A stretch of 64,000 nucleotides of DNA from an uncultured bacterium (GCA_963707655.1 OY970172.1:800001-864000), one strand, 5' to 3'. Positions 29,212 through 38,809 are shown, counted from the stretch's first letter. The notes: generated from the sequence alone by a model not told the origin. Program-made: numbers and translations.

Positions 29212-31731
29212 TTAAAATGCTTGTCCAAGGGTCAAAAACCAGGCTAGCGGAGACACTTCCGGAGTAGGCCTGCTCCATTTGAAACCAATATCAAAACGTA
29301 TGGGTCCAATCGGGGTATTATAGCGCAACCCAAAACCGGTTCCCGCCAATAAGTCTTTCTTCACAAGATCGCGAAAATAGCCCCCGTCCAAAAAGCCAAA
29401 ATCTTGAAAAACTACCCCATTTAATTGCTTGTAAACAGGAAACCGTAGCTCAAAGTTCATATTAAGCATAGCCTTGCCCCCCTGCGGAACAAAATCAGGC
29501 TTGCTTGAGCCATTTTCTATCGCACCCAATGGGGGACACAAATCGTTTTGGTAGCTCCGCAAAGAAAATGCGCCGCCCAAATAAAAACGCTCGGATGGCA
29601 TGATATTGTTAAATTGCTGAAAAACAATATATCCCAATCGCAACCGCAGCGCCAAAACTACCGGTATGCGGGGTAATGGCACAAACAATGATTGCTCTGC
29701 CATGCATTTTACAAACAGAGTATCCTGTCCCTTTCTATCCAAAGGGATCATTCCCTTGATAGAAAGCACAGTCAAAAATCCTTGCGTCGGGTAGAGCTGA
29801 TCATCAAGGTAGTTGATAAACAATGTTGGCTCCATTAAAAAATAGGGAACCTTCACATCTAATAAATTTGGCTCAAAATTAATCGCGCGCGCCACTAACC
29901 GATTGAATTCCCCTTCTTGCGGAGCATTGTTACTAATTACTGTCTCCATCCATTCAAAGCCAAAGTTGCATCCTGCTTCAAAAACCGCCCACTTGCGACT
30001 GAGGCCGAGCAAAAACCCCTGATGGGTGACTTGATACAAATTGCGCTGTATACCGCGCAAGGAAGGATATTGAAAAGCATTGTTATAGAGCTGAAACAAG
30101 GTGCGTATTGGTTTATTCAAAAGCCACGGCCGCCAATATTGCAACTCCAAAATGCGGTAGGGGCGGGTAAAATCAGCATTGGCGATAAAATAATCTGCTT
30201 GGTTGAAAGGATTTTTAAATATAGCAGAGCCACCCAACTTATAGGTAAGGCCATTAAAATGTAAATCCCTGAGTGTCCCCTGAACCGCACAACCGCCACG
30301 AAAGCGCAATTCAAAAGGATCATCCATAAATGCCTTCAAAATAAGCGGGCGATTCCCCGTGATCACATCTCCCTGATAAGGATAAATGTGAAGGTTGTCA
30401 AAAAGCTCAAGATCTTTAAGAGCAACAAGCGATTGTTTGAGATCGCGAGGACTCCATGGTTCTCCCGGTCTATAAGTGAGTTCACGCATGAGATACTCAA
30501 AAGGAAAAGAGCTGCTTCCCATTACCACTGTTTTGCCAAAGGCATTATCAGGGGTGACCTTGTTCTGCATCCCAGGAAAAGTAACGGCAACTGGTTGAGC
30601 CGGCGCCCCGCAGTCATCTTCAATACCCTTAACAGCGCTCCCTTCCTCTATGATAAAAAAAAGACGATTATCCTCTTCTACAATTTCTGTCTTGACCTGC
30701 GGAAAACCGTTCTTGTGGTAGAGCGCAACTATCTCTTCTTGTAATAATGCGGTAGGCAAAATTAATGCAAAGCGGCCAAACAGGAGCAAATGATCAAGCA
30801 ATTGTCGTTTCGAAAAAAAGGTATTGCCTACAAAAACAAATTCTTTGCGCTGCTGCAAATCAATAAAAAAATTACAATCTACGCGACACTTTTTACTCTC
30901 CAGCCGCTCCTGCAGCTCGATAACAGATTGCCAATAGCCTTCTTCCAAGAGACACTGCTTAATTTCTGTCATTTTTTTATTAAGGTCTGTGCGATTATAT
31001 CGACTGCCTCTTAAAGTTTTTATCGCCAAAGCGATTTTTCTCTCAAGCGCATTATTCTCCGATCCATCCAGATGATTCAGGCATACGTCAACCGCGCCAA
31101 CACGAAACAATGGCCCTCGATCAAAGGTAAGATGTACGGTTATTTCTTTTACGCGCTCATCGTATACTAATCTTTCTTTAATCCGTGCGTTATAATATCC
31201 TTCCTGCTTAAACATTTCCTGAATTCGCTCAAGGGAGTGTTTGTGCTTTTGATGATCAAATCGATCACCTCTTTCCATCAAATACTGATATTGATAGCGA
31301 TCTTTTCCCAAAAGAAAACCATGCAGTTTTATTTTCCCCAACGTCCAGTAACTTTTCAGATTAAAATGAAGATTATAGCCAACAATTGCTGGCTCAAACA
31401 CAACGGTGATTGTCTGGAATTTGTTTTTTCTGAATAAGTAAAAAATGGCTCGTGCCACTTGCTCATGCGTAAGGATACTCTTTGCGGGGATATCAACTAA
31501 ATAGCTAAACTCGCTCTCGCTTAATACGACATCAGCCTCATAGCCGATGCTATCTACCGCAATATTCTCCGGCATGCCGGCAGCTACGAGCTCCGCAAGT
31601 TGAGATTCCCGATCAGCGCTGACGACAATGGTGTGATCAGGCGAGGCATAGAGATTGATAGAAGTAGCCACACACAGGATATTTATATAAAGAAGAGCAC
31701 CCAAGGCGCTCTTGTTAAAGACTCTCATCAT
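29212..31731 (-). CDS. Omp85 family (BamA/TamA-like) outer membrane protein
   Basis: POTRA-like repeats, ERFYLGG..SLRSY, ELRFP, GFGLRYNTPIGPIRFDIG, terminal LGQAF. Confidence 0.88.
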   Translation of the reverse strand: MMRVFNKSALGALLYINILCVATSINLYASPDHTIVVSADRESQLAELVAAGMPENIAVDSIGYEADVVLSESEFSYLVDIPAKSILTHEQVARAIFYLFRKNKFQTITVVFEPAIVGYNLHFNLKSYWTLGKIKLHGFLLGKDRYQYQYLMERGDRFDHQKHKHSLERIQEMFKQEGYYNARIKERLVYDERVKEITVHLTFDRGPLFRVGAVDVCLNHLDGSENNALERKIALAIKTLRGSRYNRTDLNKKMTEIKQCLLEEGYWQSVIELQERLESKKCRVDCNFFIDLQQRKEFVFVGNTFFSKRQLLDHLLLFGRFALILPTALLQEEIVALYHKNGFPQVKTEIVEEDNRLFFIIEEGSAVKGIEDDCGAPAQPVAVTFPGMQNKVTPDNAFGKTVVMGSSSFPFEYLMRELTYRPGEPWSPRDLKQSLVALKDLELFDNLHIYPYQGDVITGNRPLILKAFMDDPFELRFRGGCAVQGTLRDLHFNGLTYKLGGSAIFKNPFNQADYFIANADFTRPYRILELQYWRPWLLNKPIRTLFQLYNNAFQYPSLRGIQRNLYQVTHQGFLLGLSRKWAVFEAGCNFGFEWMETVISNNAPQEGEFNRLVARAINFEPNLLDVKVPYFLMEPTLFINYLDDQLYPTQGFLTVLSIKGMIPLDRKGQDTLFVKCMAEQSLFVPLPRIPVVLALRLRLGYIVFQQFNNIMPSERFYLGGAFSLRSYQNDLCPPLGAIENGSSKPDFVPQGGKAMLNMNFELRFPVYKQLNGVVFQDFGFLDGGYFRDLVKKDLLAGTGFGLRYNTPIGPIRFDIGFKWSRPTPEVSPLAWFLTLGQAF

Positions 31732-31930
31732 TAAGAAGCTGCAAATATCCAGTTTTATTTAATATACCTATTTTGTTTCACCGCAATTTAAATCTCTGCC
31801 TGAAGCAATATTCAGAGCAACTAGATTAAATCTTATTGAGCATGTCATTTTTTTGAGATACAAAAGAGAACCCCCGCGCCCTGGCAAGATTATATGCCAT
31901 CTTACCATATTTTCAGGTATATAAAATAAA

Positions 31931-31985
31931 AAAATCCTGTCTTCACAGAGAGGCTTTGGCCTTGGCTCCACAAAAACAGGATTTT
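31931..31985 (-). terminator. Probable terminator after the Cys-rich small gene
   Basis: AAAATCCTGT / ACAGGATTTT inverted repeat followed by a T-rich run on the minus strand. Confidence 0.5.
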
Positions 31986-31998
31986 CTAGGGAGGGTAA

Positions 31999-32166
31999 TT
32001 ATTTTTTAGCGCAGGTTTTGCAGCTGTTGTTGCAATAGTTTTTGCACTCACTACAATTGCAGCAGCCTTTGTTCATATTCATAGTGCAATGATTTTTGTC
32101 TTTTTCGCATCCGCGACACGCAGATTCATTCTTACCGTGGTTATTGTTGTTATTGTTATTTTGCAT
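31999..32166 (-). CDS. 55-aa Cys-rich, metallothionein-like protein
   Basis: AAGGAG RBS before the ATG at 32166. 10 Cys in CxxC, CC and CxC arrangements after a poly-Asn stretch. Confidence 0.7.
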   Translation of the reverse strand: MQNNNNNNNHGKNESACRGCEKDKNHCTMNMNKGCCNCSECKNYCNNSCKTCAKK

Positions 32167-32240
32167 AGCAACTCCTTTTTTACACATCTGTTATGTTCAT
32201 TCTCTCTTTTTTCTCATCTATCCAGATAGCAGGTCACATT

Positions 32241-32402
32241 CTAGTCTTTATTCATATAGCGACCAATACTGCTCTGCAATTCAGCCGGCGCTTCTGCCGA
32301 CTTTTTATGCTTCTGCTTTTTTTTGCCCTCTGCTTGGACAAGCACTTCATCTTGTTCAGTTTTTTCTGCAGATTTTAAGCGCTTTTGTTGCTTCTTTTTC
32401 AT
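32241..32402 (-). CDS. 53-aa Lys-rich small protein (below ORF-track cutoff)
   Basis: Manual translation MKKKQQKRLKSAEKTEQDEVLVQAEGKKKQKHKKSAEAPAELQSSIGRYMNKD*. AGGAG 6 nt upstream of the ATG. Confidence 0.65.
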   Translation of the reverse strand: MKKKQQKRLKSAEKTEQDEVLVQAEGKKKQKHKKSAEAPAELQSSIGRYMNKD

Positions 32403-32647
32403 ACTATTCTCCTGATTAACATCGTAATAAAAGGCTTTTTAAACCCTTAATTAGCACGTACTCAGACTAACAAATAAATATCATATTTGTAAATATTATT
32501 AAAAATAACGAGCAATTAACGCAGAGATTTAGGCACAAAACTAATCCTTTGAGAATTGTTTTATCAAGGCAGTAAAAAGCAGCCAATATTGATATTTTTT
32601 GTTATCTTAAAAAATATTCTCAATGAAACTAATCCATAAGGGACACG

Positions 32648-33493
32648 ATGAAAAAATTAATACTATTTCTCTCTTTATCACTGACGCTCACCGATTGTTC
32701 GGGAATGAGCTATGTGAAAAACTTCCTTTCCACAAGAAGTACAGCTATAAAAGCCCGACAGGATGATATAATTGCACCACGCGTGGCAATCATCTATATA
32801 ACCGATGATATGGATTTCAAAACAACCATACTCAATTTAGTTGATGCCGCAAAAGCACCGGAAATCTTGGGAATAATTTTAATTGTCGACAACCACGGCG
32901 GCAGAACAGCTCAATTTTCTATGTTGCATGATTCTATTAAAAAAATCAGCGCACTCAAACCAATCATCAGTCTGGTGACCGTTGCGTTATCAGGCGGCTA
33001 CATGGTCGCCAGCGCTACCAATTATATTATCGCGCACCGCTGCGCAGACATAGGAAGTATTGGGGTAATGATGGAAGTTTCTCGCTTTCGAGACCCAATA
33101 ATGAAAAACAACGGGATTGAAACAAAATACACCATGGAAATTTTTAAGGCAGGTGAATATAAAGGCGTGTATAACGCACACAACCAAGAGCTTTCGGAAA
33201 AAGAAAGAGTTTATATTCAAAACGATATTGACAAAGCCTATACAGAATTTAAGAAAATGGTGGCAGAAGACAGAAACTTAAATCTAGAAGAATCTGATCT
33301 ATGGGCAGAAGCGCAAAACTTTATAGCTCACGAAGCTCTTTCGCGCGGCTTGATCGATGAAATCGGCACCATATTTGAAGCAGAAACCAAAATTCTAGAG
33401 TTGATACGAGACCGCCATGCAACGCGCAGCTTTAAAGATGAAATCAGACCTTGCTTTTACGATAACAAAGAAGCTGACGACAAATCAGCGTAA
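32648..33493 (+). CDS. sppA: S49 family signal peptide peptidase (SppA-like)
   Basis: DNHGG, ALSGGYMVAS, IGSIGV, KAGEYK, GLIDEIG. Confidence 0.85.
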   Translation: MKKLILFLSLSLTLTDCSGMSYVKNFLSTRSTAIKARQDDIIAPRVAIIYITDDMDFKTTILNLVDAAKAPEILGIILIVDNHGGRTAQFSMLHDSIKKISALKPIISLVTVALSGGYMVASATNYIIAHRCADIGSIGVMMEVSRFRDPIMKNNGIETKYTMEIFKAGEYKGVYNAHNQELSEKERVYIQNDIDKAYTEFKKMVAEDRNLNLEESDLWAEAQNFIAHEALSRGLIDEIGTIFEAETKILELIRDRHATRSFKDEIRPCFYDNKEADDKSA

Positions 33494-34713
33494 ATTTGCT
33501 GTTGCACTGCATAACCCGCCAAAGCATGCAGTTGCGCAGCGGCAACTGCTTTATCAATAGGCGCAAATGTATGGCACCCGGCCCACTCTTTTGCTTTTAA
33601 AATTTTTAAAACACGCCTATCAAGATCTTGCTCTGCGATTGTGCCAGCGCGGACAGCCTGTTCAATAAGATCTATCGCCTTGGGGACATCTAACGGACAC
33701 AGAATAATATCGTTACCGGCCAATGCTGCTTCAAGCTCAATAATACCCGGCTCGTAATGGCTGGTAATTGCCTGCATGCCAAGGCCATCAGTTATTTTCA
33801 ATCCTGAAAACCCCAACTCCTGCTCTAACAAATCAGTAATAGTTGCATGGGAAAGAGATGAAGCCCTATGAGCTTCTTTTTCAAGTGCAGGAACGGCTAA
33901 ATGGGCGCTCATGATTGCGCAGACCCCATGAGCAATAAGATGCTTGAATGGCACCAGTTCAACACTTTCAAGGCGATCTTTGGCATGGGTAATAAGCGGC
34001 AAATCAAAATGAGAATCCACCGCGGTACCACCATGGCCGGGAAAGTGCTTTGCGCAGGCAAGAACTCCCGCATCTTGCAATCCCCGCATCATGAGCAACC
34101 CCGCATGAGCAACACATTCAGGATCATTGCCAAATGAGCGACTGCCAATCACTGCATTGTCGGGATTATTATTCACATCAACGACAGGGGCAAAATTCAT
34201 ATGTACCCCAACCGCTTTGCACTGCCTGCCAATCTCTTTGCCTAATTCATAGACAAGATTCTTATCAGTAAGATGTGCCAAGTCACCATTGCGCGGATAG
34301 CTGATCGTTTCGTACAAACGCATACTGAGCCCCCACTCACAATCTTGACCAATCAGCAAAGGAACTGCGCTGAGCGCTTGATATTCATTGACCGCGTCAA
34401 TTTGTTTATCGGGAGTACTCTTGAAAAGAAAGATTAAGCCGCCAATCTTATGTTCGATAATAAGCTGTTTGATATATTCAGGATCCATTTTGTAGGGGGC
34501 TTTAAACAAAGCCGTGGCGAGTGCTTCTTCTTGCTGATCAAAGCACGATGCAGCGGCAACCACAAACAGCTGGCCAATTTTTTCACGCACCGTTAAAGAT
34601 GCCAATGTTTTTTCTGCCCACTGTCCGCACACCTGTTCATAGATAGGCAACTGGGCATTTGAAGGGAGACTGTTAAGCACGAGAACAAAAAAAATACAAC
34701 ACACATGCTTCAT
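33457..34713 (-). CDS. nagZ: GH3 beta-N-acetylhexosaminidase (catalytic barrel only), exported
   Basis: EKIGQLF, NFAPVVDVN, RSFG, KHFPGHGGTAVDSH, ITDGLGMQA. Signal peptide. Confidence 0.88.
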   Translation of the reverse strand: MKHVCCIFFVLVLNSLPSNAQLPIYEQVCGQWAEKTLASLTVREKIGQLFVVAAASCFDQQEEALATALFKAPYKMDPEYIKQLIIEHKIGGLIFLFKSTPDKQIDAVNEYQALSAVPLLIGQDCEWGLSMRLYETISYPRNGDLAHLTDKNLVYELGKEIGRQCKAVGVHMNFAPVVDVNNNPDNAVIGSRSFGNDPECVAHAGLLMMRGLQDAGVLACAKHFPGHGGTAVDSHFDLPLITHAKDRLESVELVPFKHLIAHGVCAIMSAHLAVPALEKEAHRASSLSHATITDLLEQELGFSGLKITDGLGMQAITSHYEPGIIELEAALAGNDIILCPLDVPKAIDLIEQAVRAGTIAEQDLDRRVLKILKAKEWAGCHTFAPIDKAVAAAQLHALAGYAVQQQIYADLSSASLLS

Positions 34714-34735
34714 AACACCGCGCTCCTTTTGTAAT

Positions 34736-34768
34736 AAAAATGCCTCCTTTTTACGGGAGGCATTTTTT
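34736..34768. terminator. Bidirectional-type Rho-independent terminator after the small basic gene
   Basis: AAAAATGCCTCC...GGAGGCATTTTT. Confidence 0.8.
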
Positions 34769-34782
34769 GTTGTATTGCGATC

Positions 34783-34986
34783 TTATTTTTTCTTGCGCAA
34801 CATTGGCAAGCCTGTGCGGCTGTTTTCCATTACTTCGTAACCGGCAGGCAAGGCATCAAGAGAATCTTTGCCCGCTTCTCCTGCAAAATAATATATTTTT
34901 TGCTTGCGATCACCAACAAGAGTTACCTCTTTGGTGTGTAAATAATACATTTTGCCACTTTTTTTGGACTTAACACTAAAGGCCAT
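34783..34986 (-). CDS. Small basic conserved hypothetical protein (67 aa)
   Basis: AGGAG RBS and its own terminator. YYLH.KEVTL...QKIYYFA and LPAGYEV.EN.RTGLP.L.K pattern. Confidence 0.85.
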   Translation of the reverse strand: MAFSVKSKKSGKMYYLHTKEVTLVGDRKQKIYYFAGEAGKDSLDALPAGYEVMENSRTGLPMLRKKK

Positions 34987-35004
34987 AATTAAAAACTCCT
35001 GAGT

Positions 35005-35037
35005 AGATAATGTTTTGACTTCAAGAAAACATTATCT
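35005..35037. promoter_or_regulatory. 12-bp perfect inverted repeat (operator-like) upstream of the small basic gene
   Basis: AGATAATGTTTT-N9-AAAACATTATCT. Contains GATAAT (-10-like) on both strands. Confidence 0.5.
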
Positions 35038-35256
35038 GATTGTGGTAAAAAAATCTACAAATATCAATTCAGCATGTTAACGTGACGCGATAAAGAGCCC
35101 ACTAGAGCGGCTGACGTGGTACTAAAAAATGCCGCGCTTCAGACAAATAGGCAGGTTTGGGCAGGGAACTCACAAAAACCCTGAACATAGGCAAATTTCC
35201 TGCGTATAGCGGCATAGAAATTTATTGCTTTGCGCCAGCAGAAACAGGGTAAAAAC

Positions 35257-35284
35257 TTGACAAATTTGCTGTTTGAATTATGAT
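35257..35284 (+). promoter_or_regulatory. Putative sigma70 promoter
   Basis: TTGACA-N16-TATGAT upstream of the ATG at 35341. Confidence 0.55.
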
Positions 35285-35340
35285 TACCGTATCACCATAA
35301 AACATTTCTTTCTCGTTGCTTTTTGCAGGAACCCTTTTTT

Positions 35341-36396
35341 ATGAAAACTCTTACCAGACTGTCTTTGGTTCTTCTTCTCTTGGGATCAGGGCAGGCACAA
35401 GCCAATTCTTTCTACTCAGCAGCCTCTGCATTGTTTGCGATTGGGCGCCATTGGAATGCATTGGCGGGGCCGGCCATAAGTGCAAAAAACTTTATTGATT
35501 ACAAAAATCAACTGCCAACTCTTCCTGACGCTCCTGAAGTGATTGTCAATTTGTGCCATGACAAGCTTAAGACACAGGGCCTTAATCATGAACAGATTCA
35601 GCTTAAAGTAAAACAAGATTGCGGATTAATAGAGGCATTTTCAAATACGGGCATTGTTTTCTCTCCGGCAGCAGCCAATGAATTTGCGAGCGCTTTAGAA
35701 AACCCCATCGATGAAAAATCAGCCGGTATCATAAAAACATACTCAACACTTATAGACCATGAAATAGCCCATCTTAAAAACAGCGATTCCTTTAAGCGGT
35801 TGGCGATATTGACCGGCGCAAGCTTGGCTGGTTATGCAGCATCATCATACCTGGTTAATGTGTCTCGTTTCAGCTTTTTATTTGAAAAACCTACCAATAT
35901 AAAAGAATTTTTTATCTGCATGCTATCGTACGGCTTGGTAAATGCAAGTACCGGCGGATTTGCCAATTTTCTTACTACGACATGGACGCGCAATCAAGAA
36001 ATTCAAGCCGATGCGTATGCTATGTCTCAGGCAAACGACCCCGAAGCATTACGTTATGCAGCAAAATTCTTCGAAATGCTCGACAAAAACATTATCGATT
36101 TTCTTTGCGGCGACGGACAACCACATCACAGTATTCCTCTTATAAGGCAGATGCAAATGCAAAACATCCGCGCTATGTTGATTGCTCAGTATCAGGCCGA
36201 GCAGACACAAGAAGAATTCCGCTCTTGGGTACAAAAACAAACACAGATGTTAGCATGGCTTAAACTTTCATTTGATCCAGAACACCCAACAGGAGCTTCT
36301 CGTGCACAAGCGATGCGCGCAGCCGCAGATGCGTTGGAAGCAGCACAAAAGACTACAGAACAAAAATTGAAAACAGAAATTATACCAGCGGCATAA
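35341..36396 (+). CDS. M48-family zinc metallopeptidase-like protein, exported or membrane-bound
   Basis: Signal peptide (AQA). HEIAH, two hydrophobic segments, QEIQADAYA, EHP...RA. Confidence 0.8.
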   Translation: MKTLTRLSLVLLLLGSGQAQANSFYSAASALFAIGRHWNALAGPAISAKNFIDYKNQLPTLPDAPEVIVNLCHDKLKTQGLNHEQIQLKVKQDCGLIEAFSNTGIVFSPAAANEFASALENPIDEKSAGIIKTYSTLIDHEIAHLKNSDSFKRLAILTGASLAGYAASSYLVNVSRFSFLFEKPTNIKEFFICMLSYGLVNASTGGFANFLTTTWTRNQEIQADAYAMSQANDPEALRYAAKFFEMLDKNIIDFLCGDGQPHHSIPLIRQMQMQNIRAMLIAQYQAEQTQEEFRSWVQKQTQMLAWLKLSFDPEHPTGASRAQAMRAAADALEAAQKTTEQKLKTEIIPAA

Positions 36397-36437
36397 GCGC
36401 AGCTATTTAATTTTCACCATTATTAAAAAGGATAGCT

Positions 36438-37661
36438 ATGGCTTATCACAAACCTAGAAAATCAGCGAATGCCCACACCAGCAAAAGAGGTGGCCACGCC
36501 CAATCATCACCAGCCGGCAGACGCGGCATGGGAGGCAGATCCCGCCAACCAAGACCAATAAAATCTTTTGATCCCTCATTATTTATTAAAAAAGTTGAAG
36601 AACAGGTAGTTGCAGAAGTATACGCTCCAAAACACACATTTGCCGATTTTCCTATCAATGCACAATTGAAAGAAAATATTAGCGCAAAAGGATATACAAA
36701 CCCAACACCAATTCAAGACCAAAGTATTCCTGAGCTGCTTGAAGGAAGAGACATTATTGCTACGGCTAATACCGGCACCGGTAAAACAGCCGCATTTTTA
36801 ATTCCCCTGATTAATAATGTGCTCGCTAAAAAAACAAACCGCGTGCTCATTATTACCCCAACACGAGAACTAGCCGGACAAATAGAGGATGAGTTCAAAA
36901 GCTTTGCGATTAACATGCGCTTACGATCTGCACTCTGCATTGGCGGCGTAAGTATTGATAGACAAATGAGAGCTTTGAAAAGCAACCCTGAATTTGTTAT
37001 TGGCACTCCCGGAAGATTACTTGATCTTGAAAACCAGGGAATGATCAACTTTAGCAACTACAATGGAATAGTGCTTGATGAAGTTGACACCATGCTTGAT
37101 ATGGGCTTCATCAATGACATCAAACAAATCATTAGCCAACTACCACACAACCGTCATTCATTGTTCTTTTCTGCCACGATCCCGGCTGCAATCAAGAGCT
37201 TGATGAGCAGCTTCTTAAACAACCCGGTTTCCGTAAGCGTTAAAACAAGACAAACAGCGGAAAATGTTAATCAGGACATCATAAAAGTCGGCGATCGAAA
37301 CAAGATTGAAGTATTGCATGATGTGCTCATTGGGCCCGGCGTTAAAAGAAGCATTGTCTTTTTACGCACCAAGCGCGCTGCTGATAAATTAGCAAAAGCG
37401 CTCACTGAGCGTGGATTCAAAGTTGCCGCCATTCATGGGGATAAAAGCCAGGCACAAAGAAATAGGGCCCTGGAAACATTCAAAGAAGGCAAAGTAGACA
37501 TTCTCTTGGCCACTGATGTTGTAGCGCGCGGGATCGATATTGATAACGTTACTCACGTAATCAACTTTGACTTGCCACAAACACACGAAGATTATATTCA
37601 TCGCATTGGCCGAACCGGTCGCGCCGGAAAAATTGGCCAGGCAATCACCTTCGTTGAATAG
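36438..37661 (+). CDS. DEAD-box RNA helicase
   Basis: Q motif PTPIQ, ANTGTGKT, PTRELA, TPGRL, DEVD, SAT, ARGID, HRIGRTGR. Confidence 0.95.
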   Translation: MAYHKPRKSANAHTSKRGGHAQSSPAGRRGMGGRSRQPRPIKSFDPSLFIKKVEEQVVAEVYAPKHTFADFPINAQLKENISAKGYTNPTPIQDQSIPELLEGRDIIATANTGTGKTAAFLIPLINNVLAKKTNRVLIITPTRELAGQIEDEFKSFAINMRLRSALCIGGVSIDRQMRALKSNPEFVIGTPGRLLDLENQGMINFSNYNGIVLDEVDTMLDMGFINDIKQIISQLPHNRHSLFFSATIPAAIKSLMSSFLNNPVSVSVKTRQTAENVNQDIIKVGDRNKIEVLHDVLIGPGVKRSIVFLRTKRAADKLAKALTERGFKVAAIHGDKSQAQRNRALETFKEGKVDILLATDVVARGIDIDNVTHVINFDLPQTHEDYIHRIGRTGRAGKIGQAITFVE

Positions 37662-37685
37662 ATTGTTTTTTAGAGAAAGATTTTT

Positions 37686-38075
37686 ATGTTGACCAAAATT
37701 ACTCATATTACGCTTTTTGTGCATGATCAAGAAGCCGCGCTTAATTTTTATACAAATCTTGGTTTCGTCGTGCACACAGATGCTCTTTTTGGGACTATGC
37801 GTTGGCTCACCTTAAACCTACCGGACAGCAAGAGCTTGGAGCTGGTGTTAATGAAGGCTGAATCTGAACAAGAAAAAGCCTTGGTAGGCAAGCAGGCCGG
37901 CGATAAGCCCCTGGTAAGCCTTGAAAGCAATGACGCTCACAAGGACCATGAAAGACTCAAGGGATTGGGCATTGCCGAATTACAAGATCCTGAAACACAA
38001 CCATGGGGTATTTCATTTGGATTCAAAGATTTGTATGGCAATGTTCTGTATGTGTGCCAACCAAGCCAGATTTAA
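37686..38075 (+). CDS. VOC/glyoxalase family protein
   Basis: ITHITLFVHDQEAALNFY..LGF, PWG..F.FKDLYGN. Confidence 0.88.
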   Translation: MLTKITHITLFVHDQEAALNFYTNLGFVVHTDALFGTMRWLTLNLPDSKSLELVLMKAESEQEKALVGKQAGDKPLVSLESNDAHKDHERLKGLGIAELQDPETQPWGISFGFKDLYGNVLYVCQPSQI

Positions 38076-38132
38076 GTGCAACACAAGAGCAAGCCTGCCT
38101 ATTTGTACACATCATAAGCAAAAGGATAATCA

Positions 38133-38642
38133 ATGAAACGTTTTTTCTTGGCAATGTTTTTTATGCTTTTAGCTCCCGCGGCTATCACTATTAAAGCTAA
38201 AATTGATGAAGCTCCAGGTACGGTAGGCGCCATTCAAGATTTCTTGATCGGCATTAATATTGGCCTTGCTCATGGATTGGCGAACAAAATAATTGAATCT
38301 CAGTATGCAAAAAACAAAACTCCAAGGCGCGCTCACTTATGTACATGGGGCGCAACTGAATTCGCTGCAAGCAGATATGCTCCACTCATCAAAAAGCATC
38401 AAATAAATGACGAGCCCGCATACCAATTTGCAAACCAAAAATATAGAGCTGTGCTCTGGGGACGAGGCATTGGACAGTGTGTAACTGAATCGATTCAGAT
38501 TTCAGAGGCAAGAGCAGAGCTGCGCTTAAACCTGTCTCTATTAGCATCGCTTGCTCTCTATTTCGCGGACTATGCATGGCCGTCGGACAAGCCCACTGAA
38601 CCTTTGGAAATCGATTCGGTCCATATTGCCTCACAGCCGTAA
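38133..38642 (+). CDS. Secreted or membrane hypothetical protein
   Basis: AAGGA RBS, signal peptide, no recognisable motif. Confidence 0.65.
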   Translation: MKRFFLAMFFMLLAPAAITIKAKIDEAPGTVGAIQDFLIGINIGLAHGLANKIIESQYAKNKTPRRAHLCTWGATEFAASRYAPLIKKHQINDEPAYQFANQKYRAVLWGRGIGQCVTESIQISEARAELRLNLSLLASLALYFADYAWPSDKPTEPLEIDSVHIASQP

Positions 38643-38655
38643 CTTTTTAATAAAA

Positions 38656-38683
38656 TTGACAAAGCTTTAAAAAGGCTTAATCT
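38656..38683 (+). promoter_or_regulatory. Putative sigma70 promoter of tRNA-fMet
   Basis: TTGACA-N16-TAATCT with an A/T-rich upstream element. Confidence 0.5.
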
Positions 38684-38727
38684 AAACAATAGATTTAACA
38701 TTTAATTGTTCAGTCAGAAAATTATAT

Positions 38728-38804
<77 letters not shown>

Positions 38805-38809
38805 AATTT

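Noticed and set aside
31768..31971. 67-aa minus-strand ORF upstream of the Omp85 gene
   Set aside because: Starts inside a terminator-like hairpin, with no RBS or recognisable features.
32096..32419. Plus-strand hydrophobic ORFs (107 aa and 61 aa)
   Set aside because: These are antisense shadows of the two A-rich minus-strand small genes, which have clear RBSs.
36438..37661. DEVD instead of DEAD in helicase motif II
   Set aside because: This is a common tolerated variant, and all other motifs are intact.
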